Below are positions 53,140-64,000 of a stretch of 64,000 bases of DNA, in pieces; within the stretch, counting starts at the first letter, position 1; every line of letters starts with the position of its first letter. The stretch comes from Lama guanicoe (lineage: Eukaryota): positions 21,713,298 through 21,777,297 of the forward strand of contig MU057357.1 in the NCBI GenBank assembly GCA_013239625.1, read 5' to 3'. Both the position numbers and the translations under genes were made by a program. Under the pieces are notes generated by a model that did not search any database, was not told the DNA's origin, and saw only the letters and a list, made by a program, of their open reading frames with translations.

Positions 53140-53720
53140 CCTTATTATCCCAGTGTGATTAGAGTGGGAAAGCCTCCTTAAAGTAAGTCTACTTAAAACA
53201 GGGACTAAATTTCAGAAGTTAGTGAAAAAAGATTTTCTGGGAACTTTTTTTGAAAATAAAACTCTAGTATTAAAATATATTTATTCTATCCTATATTGAA
53301 CAAAATTTATAAGTACAACTATGTGCTAATTATAGAATGAATAAATGATAAATCAAGATGATTACTGTTGGCTTAATTTTCTTCTACACAGTGAAGCACC
53401 TTACAACACACTTTATTTCATATTTGACCTTTAGAGAATAATCAAAACGAGGGTCATTTCTGTAAAAATGTTTGAGGGCTACTTCAGTTTTCCCCAGGGT
53501 CTCAATTAATTCTTTGATATTCAAACTGTTCTTTTCTGAAGCATCAATATAGTCATCATTCCAGTTGATTTTTGCCTTCATTCGTTTGTTTAACTCTGTA
53601 GGTCTTTGTTTGCTAGTTTTACCAACTTCACTTTCATTGACCTTACACCTTTTGCAAGATTTGCAATTTCACTTTATAATAGAATTGAATGTATTGCATT
53701 GTATTGTAAATGTTTGCCAC
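53140..53720 (-). mobile_element. TcMar-Tigger-like DNA transposon remnant
   Basis: ORF 53384-53581 (LNIKELIETLGKTEVALKHFYRNDPRFDYSLKVKYEI) resembles the C-terminal segment of pogo/Tigger transposases. Boundaries are approximate. Confidence 0.55.
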
Positions 53721-56700
53721 CATGGGGTTGGTGGCAGTGGTGTTTAAAAGAGATGTTTGAATGGGGGAGTAATTTATAATTGGCCATATCGTTAGTAAGT
53801 ACTTTCATTATACTATTGACTTTTGCTTCTTTTTAAAATCTTACTGTAGTGGAAGAAAGTGTGAACTTAGGGAAGAGGCTTTGTATCAGAGAAAACAAGA
53901 GTGCCAGAGAGATGGAGGTTTGTAAACAAGACTCTCTGAGAGACAGTTTGAACCTGGAAGAAAATGTATGTGGCCATTATACACACATACACACAACCAG
54001 ATAGTCATTTCGTGATTTTTAAAAAATAGTGGCAGCTTCATCAGGCCTCCCATGTCCTGGATAAAATACTCCTTGAGAATACATATCTCTTCTTGTTTTC
54101 ATTCTCTGCTTACTCTCTGCTCATGATTTGGCTTCCTACTTGTTCTACCTACAGGGAAAGAATGTGCTGGTTACAAGCACAGGAGCCTGGTGGTCGTTGT
54201 GACAGTTCTGGCTGTTACTGTCCATGGGGAGTTATTTTAGTTATACATGTGTTCCTTGTGAGTTTAGTGAGCATGGGTCTGACTCCCTGAGCATGTTCAG
54301 TTTTGAGACTCTGACATATTGAGGTTTCTGGACATCGTGGGCAAAAAAACAAACAACAAAAAACCTGTTTTTGGTAAATGAACCAAAAACTCTTGGTATG
54401 TGGCCTACTGATCAGAAAACATCCCAATCTTGCCATTGACTTTTCAGAATTCTATGGGTATGTTACAGTTTAATAAAAACATTTATTTTTTAATCAAATG
54501 TTAAAACCAACCCTGAATGTTGAATTTGCATTGCAGTGGGTTATACTCAAGGGGTTAAGGGGATACCTGGGGTGCACATAGTAGGTTGCTCTGATTCCAG
54601 TAGTCTGTCTATTGCTTACCAAAAATTGGCTTACTATAATGATAAAGGTAAGAAATTCAAGAATTCACAAAAGTTCACTGTCAGGAATGCCCTGTCCAGA
54701 CCTTCAAATGTTGGACATTTAATGCCCTTATGACCTGTGGCGCATAATTCCTATGGAGATTAATGTCTGCAGTCACTTTTCCAGTCTGGGCTACCAGCAC
54801 TTAGAAGCATCAATATTCTCTAATGAAGAACAAAATCATCTAAATTCAATCAGTCATTCAACATATATTATGCAAGATATTTGGTCATTCAGCATATATG
54901 ATGTAAAACATTTGGTCGTTTAACATACATTATGCAAAGTGCAGAGGGTGAAAGTAGAATGGTAAACACAGGCACATTGGCAATGTCAGATAGTAGCACT
55001 GCATCTCAGAAGTTAGGAAAAGCACTTGAAGCCTAGTCCTACTTTCACAGATCCACTGCTTCCCTCTGCAGCATTCCTTCCAGGAGATGCCCAGTTCCTC
55101 CAAGGATGGGGATATCCCCCGCAGGCACTTGGATAAACCACCCTGACTGAGTCTGGCTGGCTAATTTTCCCCATCTGACAATAGTATCACAAGCTATTCA
55201 GCGGTTCCTGGACAAAGATTTTGGGGGGGAAAAAAGCCAGTAGAAAATGAGAAAAGATTTTAAATAATAAAAAGAATTCCTTTGGCTATGTAATGATAGA
55301 AATGCCAAGACAGTTGTGAAGCTAGTGAGAAATTAAATTGCTAATGTTTTAGGGATTATTATCCTTTGTGAGGCACAGTTTATAAGATTGTGTTGTTTCA
55401 ATCTGAGCAATATTTATTGTGACATGTTCAATACAGCACAGCATTACTATTAATGTATTAAATATCACTGTCAATGTTTTATCAGGACATTATCACTTTT
55501 CTTTTAAACATACTATTTCCAAAGGGTTTGGTACACACTTAATGGGATTTAACAGCAGAATGCAGCTCATATTTGGTAATGGAAATCAATGGGAGAATAA
55601 GATTGATTTGATAGGAAGTCTGGACTGCAAACTTTGCTGACAATGACCATTCCCTTAAGTGAGGGATACCTATTCTACAAGTGCCCAATGATGAGTTTTT
55701 ATGTGGATGATAGATCTGGGTAGTTTGGAAGATTAAAAATGTCATCTGCAGTTTTTTGCAGTCTGGTTGCTCATTTGAATTTCACTGAATTTTCTTTACC
55801 AGAAGGATGCTTATTTGAATGGTTAGAAGGAAGAGTCAGCTGAGTCACAGGTTTTAATACTGGTTGCTGCTTTTCTCAGAAGTAGGCAAGGCAAATGCCC
55901 TGAACTCCCATTTATGCAGCCCAAATGTGGGGGAGGATACTTGTGTCCACCTCAGACTGCTTCACAACCCTCTCCCAGCTCTTAGCCTCTTCTCCTACTG
56001 CTTTGCGATGCTCAAAGATCCTTCTAAGCAAACATGGCCATGCTTTACACAGGCTTATCTCATTTTGGCCTCGCCCTAGCTGGGCCCCATGTGTGACATG
56101 CTCTTCTGCTTTTCTGGGAAGCTAGGGAAATCCCATTTGTTGCAGGCCCAAAGTCTGTGTAACTCAGAGAGGCTCACTCCCTCGACCCAACTTATTCAAA
56201 AGTGAGATCTGACCCAGCTCTCTCTGTGCCATACATTCACCCACCCTTTGTTTTTCTGCAGTATCGATTCTTCATCTTTGAGGGATGTCTATGTTAAGCC
56301 CCTCTTAATTGCTATTGTCCTTTCCACGTGTCCATGTGCATCACTGCCCTTTTGAGACTGTAATTCCTAGGAAACATTTGTCTGATCACCTTTAGAGAAT
56401 CCAATATCTGTTATGATAAGCACAAACTTTTTTAAACCAACTTTAAAGAGATCATATAAAATATGTTTAATAAAATTTTAAAACAATATTACTCTTTCTC
56501 CAGTATTGTTTGGACACTTTATTGTTTGTACTGGCTTCTGTTAGGCTGGGGGAAATGGCATTACCTAAAATGATGTCAAATGTGGTTGAAAGAAAATAGA
56601 TCTAAGGTTCCTAACAAAATTCTCTGTAATTAAAATTACCAAAATCTACATAAAGTATATGAGATATGTTGTCAAAGAGAACCCACTTTACAGAGTTTAC

Positions 56701-57869
56701 AGTGGATTTAGAGCTAATTTAAAAAAAAATAAGATACTACCCAGTCTACCAGGAAACAGCTCCTGTTACTTTTGTTACATTTTAAGAGAGGCTGTAATCT
56801 TGAATATTGTAATATTTCACAAAGTGATGTAATAACAGACTTATCTGGGAACTGGTAACAACAATAGCAAAAGGAAAGCTGGAGAACAAGAATTTGTCAA
56901 ATTCCAGTTTCTTTTATTACTGTCCTGGGGTAGAGGATGCCCTGATGCTAAATGACCTTTAAAGATCAATTAGACAGAATAGAAAGAGATCTACTTTAGT
57001 AGCTTGAAAGTAACTTATTTGGCAACCTCGAATTTCCCCTTTCTGACTTGTCTTTACCATGGCAACCTTCTGATCTGCAATTTGGTCTTCTGAGTGGACT
57101 TACTTATACAAGATGGCCCTTTGTAAATACGTAGTTTCAATTTTTATTTATTTACCTACTTGTTTATTATTTCTTCTACTTCTAGAGAGGAAGTATGAAT
57201 AAAAACATAGGAAACAATACAGAAAACTATTAGCATTAAAGAAAGACAGACATTAAGTACCAAAGGATAAGGAAAGAGGAAATATAGTAGGGATCCTTTA
57301 TCATTCCAGCTGTCTCCCATTAAACACTGATGAAGGTATGTTGTTTATAAATTAGTTTCTTGTAAATTTGCCTAGCATGAACCAATGCACAGAATCTTGC
57401 CTCTGTGAACATAATCATTTGTTTTTTAAACTGGCAAAACTGAGCGTCATATTTTTCAGTTCTAGTGGACCCACTAACATGTGCCCAGGTGGTCTCATTT
57501 AAAGCTAATTTCATTTACTCAACAATTATTGAGCACCTATTTTGCCAAGCACTAGGGTTGGGGATGGAGCTAGAAGTATGAGTGAGAGATGATTCTTTCT
57601 CTTGTGGAACTGACATGTTAAGTGAAGAGAGATTTAAATAAAAAGTAACATGGGTAATATGGCAGACTAGATAATTGGGACAGATTCCTTTCATGAAAAA
57701 CAACCAAAATGCTAGGACATAAGGCTTGATGAGCTGACAAGATAATAAGGAATTATTGGGCTAAAATCTAAGTGAAAGCAAGATTCAACACCACTTTTGG
57801 CAGTGGGCACTCTTAAACTCAATATTCCCAGCACTAGCTGTATATTAGAAAGAGCTTTAAAATTACCAT

Positions 57870-60800
57870 GTGTGCTTCCAGCAAAGGTAGACTAGCTGGT
57901 GTTAGATGAACCCCTCCCTTCTCTGCCTCAAAGAACAACTAGAAAATCTAGACAAAATATAAAAACTACATGATGAAGGGATTAGAGAAGTAACAATGCA
58001 GAAATAACTCATCAAGCCTAGATCCTGGAGGCAAAGGAAGCCCAAAGAGATAAACTAAAAATCAGCATGATTTTATCCCACTGGAAGTAATTACCTAGGA
58101 GAAAGCTGAGAGGCTATGAAGCTGAGCAGAAAACACAGCTGAAAATCAGGAAGATGAGCAAAAGATTTGGTAAATTCAGAAGGTGGGAATATAAATATTA
58201 GAATTTAGAGTTGACTAGGAAGTTGAGGGAGGGGAGGTGTGGAGGGCAGAAATGAACTCCCCCTTACCAAGACAGAAGTCTGACTTTGACATATCACAAC
58301 ATTTGACTGGAATAAAGTCATCTACCCCTAGTCAAGCTGTCTTCAGGAGAAAAGAATAAATCCTCTCTGTAAAAAGATAATCCAGAACCTTGAACTGATC
58401 GGCAATTTCTTTTATATTTAATGTCCAGCACTCATTTAAAAACAAATAGGAATGAAAAAGTAAAACTTCCCCCAAATCAGGATTTTAAAAAAGGCAGACA
58501 ATAGAAACAGATCCATAAGAAATCCAGATGTTGTCATTATGAGACATACACTTTAAAATAACTATCATTAAGGTAGCCAAGAAATTAAATGACAGGATGG
58601 AGAAGCACAGAACTGGAGACTGTAACAAAAGAATAAAATTCTGGAAATAAAAATCACAATAATTGAAAACGAAAATGTAATAGAAGCGTTTGTGATGGTT
58701 AATAGTATATGGCGACTTGATTGAATTGCATGGCTCACAAAGATTTGGTTTAACGTTGTTTCTGAAAGTGTCTGTGAGGGTGTTTCAGGATGAAATTAGC
58801 ATTTGAGTCAGTAGACTCACTAAAGCAGTTTGGCCTTACCGAAGTGGATGGGTATCATCCAATCCCTTGAGGGCCTAAACAGAATAAAAAAATGGAGGAA
58901 GGAAGAATTTGGCCCTTCCTGCCTGCTTGCCTGAGCTGGGAAATCAGTCTTCTCCTAACCTTGGCACTCCTGGTTCTCTGGCCTTCAGACTTGGACTGAG
59001 TTATACCATGGGCTCTCCTGGGTTTCTGGCTTCTAGATGACAGAGAATGGGGCTTCTCAGCCTCCATAATTGTATAAGCCAATTCCTTATAATAAATTTA
59101 TATATACATATACCCTGTTTCTGTACAGAACCCTAACCCACAGTTTAACAACAGATTAGACACAGATAAAGAGAATTTGAAGTTGATTAGAAGAAAATCT
59201 TCAGACAAAAGTATGGGGCTGCAAAAGATGGTGAAAAGGAAAAAGAGCATAAATGGCAAGGGGACAAGATGAAACATTCTCTCATATGTATAACTGGATT
59301 CCATAAAAAAGAGAGAATAGGAGAGAAGCAAATATTGAAGGGATACAGACTGAGAATTTTCTAAAATTAAACAAAAGATATCAAAAGTCATGGGCAACAA
59401 AGAGCTACAGACCCTGAGATGGGTAAATACAACAAAATTATTTGTAAGCAATTCATAGAAAAATTGCTGACAACCAAAGAGAAAATTCTGAAAAACATTT
59501 AAGTAAGAGAGATTTTACTTTCAAGAATATAAAAATAAGATTGAATTACTTATTCTTAATAGAAACATTGGAAACAGAAGGCAATGGAATGACATAGTCA
59601 AAGTGCTGAAGGAAAATAACTGTCAGTTTAGGTTTCTATACCCAGTGAAAATGTCCAAGAATTGTTGAGGGCAGATCCGCCCTAAAATATTACTGAAGAG
59701 ATGTCTAAAATCAGAAGGATAATGGTACCAGATGAAGATGTAGAGATGCAGGGAGTGAATACAAATATTGATTCTATAAAACAATAATAATAAAGTCTAC
59801 AAGGTTTTAAATTATGTGGAATTAAAATAGCTCAAAAGTAAGGAAGTAAATGGAGTTAAAATATTCTTATACCCTTGCATGGTCCTAGGACATATTAAAA
59901 AGATCAAATGTGTATCAGACTTTAAAAAAATCAAAGAGAAATGTTATAATTTCTAAGGTAATAGCTAAAAGAATATTTAAGAATGTTAAATAACAAACTA
60001 ATAAAGGGGGAGGAATAAAATTATTAATCCTTTAGGAGAACTAGAAAGGAGAGAAAAAGAAATAGATTAAGTAGTACAAGCAGAAAACAAATAGTAAGAT
60101 GGTAGATTTAGGCCCAAATATATCAGTTACTTCAATAACTGAAAAGAGACTAAAATGTCCAATTAAAAGCCAGTATCAAACTAAATAAAATAGAAAATTC
60201 AAGTACAATAAAATTTCTATTTTTGTAGATCAGAAATGGTCTAATATTGACAGTGTGAAATGCTTCAACCTGAAATGTATGTTGCTTACAAGAGATACAA
60301 GGAAAAAGAAAGGTTGAGAGTGAAAGAAAGAAAAAAGATAAATATGCATATATAATCAAAACAAAGTTGGCTTAGTTCTAAGAATATTAGGCAAGTTAGA
60401 CTTTAAGCTAGTAAACTAGAGATAAAAAGGATAGTTTATAATATAGTTCACCAAAAAGATAGAACACTTCCAAAACTTTTAATGTAGACTCAAGATAATA
60501 CAGTCTCAAAATGATAAAGTTAAATGGAAGAATTAAAGGAGAAGTAGAAAAATTTACAATCATACTGTTAGATTGTAAAATTCTTTGAGCAACAAGATAT
60601 CTGTCTAATTGTCCAGGAGAGAATATGGCACTTAATGCCTACAGAAAACTTATTTTCAAGTTTATGTGGAACATCTACCAAAATAAACCTTCTGTTGTAC
60701 CATATGCAAGTCTCAGTGAATTCAGAGTGAAACTATACAGAGTAGATAATTTTACCATCATGGGAATTAAACCAGAAAACCACAGCAAAAAGATCCCGTG

Positions 60801-60890
60801 TGTTTGGCAATATATTACTAAATATCCTTTGGGTTAAAGACAGTATCACAATAAAAATTTTTAAAGTATATTTTGAACTATTTAAATATG
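57870..60890 (+). mobile_element. Ancient L1M fragment (5' UTR, ORF1 and start of ORF2), interrupted by MLT2
   Basis: A-rich degenerate L1 motifs: gcaatggaatgacatagtcaaagtgctgaaggaaaataactgtca; tatgttgcttacaagagatac; ttattttcaagtttatgtggaacat. Confidence 0.8.
58691..59142 (+). mobile_element. MLT2 (ERVL) solo LTR
   Basis: Starts tgtgatggttaat, contains gtgtctgtgagggtgtttcaggatgaaattagcatttga, and ends gaaccctaacccaca. Confidence 0.9.
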
Positions 60891-61109
60891 GTATGTAGGC
60901 AGAATATGTAATAAAGCAAGGATAGCAAAATGGTAATAGTAGAATCTAGATGAATACATGGTTATTCACTGGAAATTTTTGTTACATTCGGCTCAAGTTT
61001 CCTTTCTGTCAAAAAATCTAAACCTAAAATGTTCTTGATTTTTGTAGTCTAACACATCTGCTATCCCTCTCAATTAATTCCATGTCATCTACAAATGGGA
61101 TAGGCCTAA

Positions 61110-61345
61110 CAACAACAGCTAACATGTATGAAGTTTCCCACGTGCCAGGCACTGTTCTGGGTGTTTTACATGTATTACTTCATACTCATAATAGTACCCT
61201 GAGTTAGGTACTGATTGTATACTCATTACATACACAAAAAACCTCAAGGCGCAGAGAGATTAAGTAACCAGCCCTGGGCCACACAGCTCCTAAGTGATAG
61301 GCCACATCTGAATCCAAGGCCTGCATGCTTAGTCACTACCCTATG
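61110..61345 (-). mobile_element. MIR SINE
   Basis: gtgccaggcactgttctgggtgttttacatgtatta...aaggcgcagagagattaagtaacc. Confidence 0.8.
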
Positions 61346-62166
61346 CCTTGTCCTTTCAAATCTCTGAGGGCAATTTATACAGACAAGACTAGAACGCTAA
61401 ACACTTTCAAAGACTACTCTCCAAGTTGAGCGCCCTTGATGGAACTATGAAATCAGTGTTTCGGTTAGCACACATTCTGTATCTTTCATCTTGTCCATGA
61501 GGATACATGAAAGATTTTGTTGGCTGCTTTGCATAGATGTGCTGTTTCCACAGTCTCTCTTAAATAGTCTCATCACTTAAACAAGCACTTTGGGCTGTTT
61601 CGGCCTTATTCAATCTTGGGGCATAGATGCTGGTTCCCAGGGATTGTGGCTTCCCTTTTTGGATCCATATAAATTATTGGTTTAATAATTAATTCTAGAA
61701 TTTTGCTAAGAAATGATGTCAAGATTCAAAATACAATCTGACCTAGGAGGGGATTTCATACAGACATCCCTCAGATAGACAAATAGTACTAAGGAAAACT
61801 GGATTCTTGGCCATGCATCTGTCTTCTGGGTACCTTAGCATTGCTTTCTAAAATTTAACTAATTTTTAAATAACATGAAAATGACTTTTAAATAACAGCT
61901 CACTCTGCTCTAATGCCTTCTAGACAAGCCTACACCATTTGTCTATAATTGTCCTTGATTATATGTCTCTCTTTCCAAGTTTTACACATCGATTTAGAAG
62001 CTGAGCTTATTGAAGCTACTCTAAGACAGTCAAGGCAGTGTCTTTAGACTCCTTACATTCTTACCCTTAGTAGAGTCATTCATCAATATGTTGTCAGAAT
62101 TTCAGTTTGGAAAAATTCCTATTTATCCCTCTTGGTTTCAGCTTCCCTTTCAGTGATGTACATTTT

Positions 62167-62331
62167 GCTGTTCAAAGAGTGAGTCATCCTTGGACCAGTG
62201 GCATTGACAACACCTGAGAGCTTGTCAGACTTGCAGAATGGCAAGCCACACTCCAGGCCTACTGAACTGCAATCTGCATTTTAACAAAATCCCCAAGTGA
62301 CTTGTGTGCATGGAAAGTATGAGAAGCACTG
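62167..62331. mobile_element. MER5A-type hAT MITE
   Basis: cacctgagagcttgtcag...cctactgaactgcaatctgcattttaacaaaatccccaagtga...gagaagcactg. Confidence 0.85.
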
Positions 62332-62918
62332 ATATAAGCCAAGGACTCATGACTTCTTTTTCACTGCACTTGTTAAAAACGGCTTCCTGAGGCCTAGAGC
62401 CAACTCCATCTGGCTACACCCACCTACCTGACACCTACTTACTCTGAGATAATGGAGTTGTTTCCCATAGTGTCACTACCACTTCATCAAGTGGTGCCTT
62501 CTTATTGACAGATTTAGAGGAAATGCTGTTCCCCTTTCACTTCCTCCAAGAGAAGTCTATTTTGTTCCAACTTTCTTTCATTTCCAAGACACAGAAGCTG
62601 AAATATCTCCTTAACTATCTTTTTACATCTGAACAGACTATTCAGAATGTACTGTATGCCAGTTGAAAGGTCCTTTCATATCTGCTGTTTCCACTTGTCC
62701 TCACAACAGGTTTATGACGTAGCTCGCATAAAAATACTCAGAACATAGATTATTATTCCCATTTGTGAGATTACAAAGCTGAAGTTTGAATGTTAGTTAA
62801 AGCAACTTGTGTGAAATCACATAGCAAGTAGTGGCAATGTCAGTGCTCGTATGCAGACCCCTTGCATTCTTGCCTCTGCTCAACCAGATCTGCAAGGTAT
62901 TAACTGAAATCTCTGAGC

Positions 62919-63862
62919 CATGTTGGAGGGAGAGCTACCCATCCTAGCACCACTTACCAAGCACAATACTGTCTCCTATGGACAATGCTCTTGCTTATCT
63001 ACACGATGTCCAATTTCCTTTTTAAAATTTGCTACCAGAATCCTAATGCTTTGGTTGGATTATGTTCAGCTACATACATACTTGCTCAGCCTCCCTTACA
63101 GTTAGAGGTGGCCAGGGGCACGCTTCTGGCCAGTAAGATGGAAATAGAAGTTTTTTGGAACATATTTGTTTGCTAGGGCTGTCATAACAAAGTACCACAA
63201 ACAGGGTGGCTTAAACAACGGAAGTATTATCTGACTGCTGTGGAGGCTAGAAGTCTGAAATCAAGGTGTTGTTAAGGTTGGTTCCTCCCAAGGGCTATGA
63301 GGGAAGGATCTGTTCCAAGCATCTCTCCTTGGCTTGTATTTGGCTGCCTTCCTGTTCACCTGGTATTTTCCCTGTATGAACATCTNNNNNNNNNNNNNNN
63401 NNNNNNNNNNNNNNNNNNNNNNNNNNNNNNNNNNNNNNNNNNNNNNNNNNNNNNNNNNNNNNNNNNNNNNNNNNNNNNNNNNNNNNNNNNNNNNNNNNNN
63501 NNNNNNNNNNNNNNNNNNNNNNNNNNNNNNNNNNNNNNNNNNNNNNNNNNNNNNNNNNNNNNNNNNNNNNNNNNNNNAGGGGTCTCTGGGGAAGCTTCTG
63601 CTTTCTTCATAAAAGGGGACAGTCACAGTGTGCCGTCTTTCCACCCTCCTTCCTTCTTTCTGTCCCATATTCTGTCTCAGTAGCTGGCGCTCCCTGACCT
63701 TATTGGTATTAAAGGGAACAGACCCAGAGAACTAAGGAGTTGAGCCAACATTAAGAACTGCCTGACTCTTCGCACCTTGCTACATGAGCCAGGTTAAGCC
63801 CTCTGCTAAAAGTCCTTGTGGTGGGCTTTCTGTTATTTCTAGCCCAACACACCCTAATATAT
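62919..63862 (+). mobile_element. Old MLT1 (MaLR) LTR split by a second MLT1
   Basis: ctcagcctcccttacagttagaggtggcca...ttctggccagtaagatg, and the terminus gggctttctgttatttctagcccaacacaccctaat. Confidence 0.65.
63161..63577 (-). mobile_element. MLT1B/C-like LTR nested in opposite orientation, partly masked
   Basis: ttgctagggctgtcataacaaagtaccacaaacagggtggcttaaacaac...ggaggctagaagtctgaaatcaaggtgt. Confidence 0.85.
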
Positions 63863-64000
63863 CACATTCTCCAAGAACAGGCTTTACACGATTTTATCAA
63901 GTAATACCAATTAATCCAGAGTAAAAGTGCTTTGTTACAAATGATTTAGATTGAAAACCCGGTTGACTGAGTTGAATAATGAAAATATTGTATGTTTCCA

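Noticed and set aside
1-64000. Prokaryotic-type systems (CRISPR arrays, operons, defence islands) or a novel multi-gene system
   Set aside because: The sequence is a mammalian intron-rich locus, with no regularly spaced repeats and no gene-dense ORFs.

Overview
Mammalian genomic DNA, almost certainly camelid (three Vic-1-type SINEs), covering the 5' part of the Kruppel-like factor 7 gene (KLF7) on the minus strand. It runs from the CpG-island promoter and masked exon 1 (~48.9-50.8 kb), through a ~41.5 kb intron 1 and the large coding exon 2 (7427 to ~6797), into intron 2; the remaining zinc-finger exons lie off the left edge. The rest is intronic or intergenic sequence with ERV1/LTR, L1, L2, MIR, MLT, hAT and Tigger remnants and microsatellites. 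Nearly all ORFs in the track are spurious. Three observations stand out. (1) A near-identical ~1.47 kb tandem duplication in intron 1 carries two copies of a micro-ORF ATG-TTC-CCA-TCT-TGG-CCA (MFPSWP). This matches, from memory, the alternative N-terminus of a human KLF7 isoform, but here it is followed by CTCAGT rather than a GT donor. (2) The N-runs behave like length-preserving masks over human-like sequence rather than assembly gaps. (3) There are several candidate intronic enhancers and small insertion or template-switch scars. No novel multi-gene system can be supported from this window.
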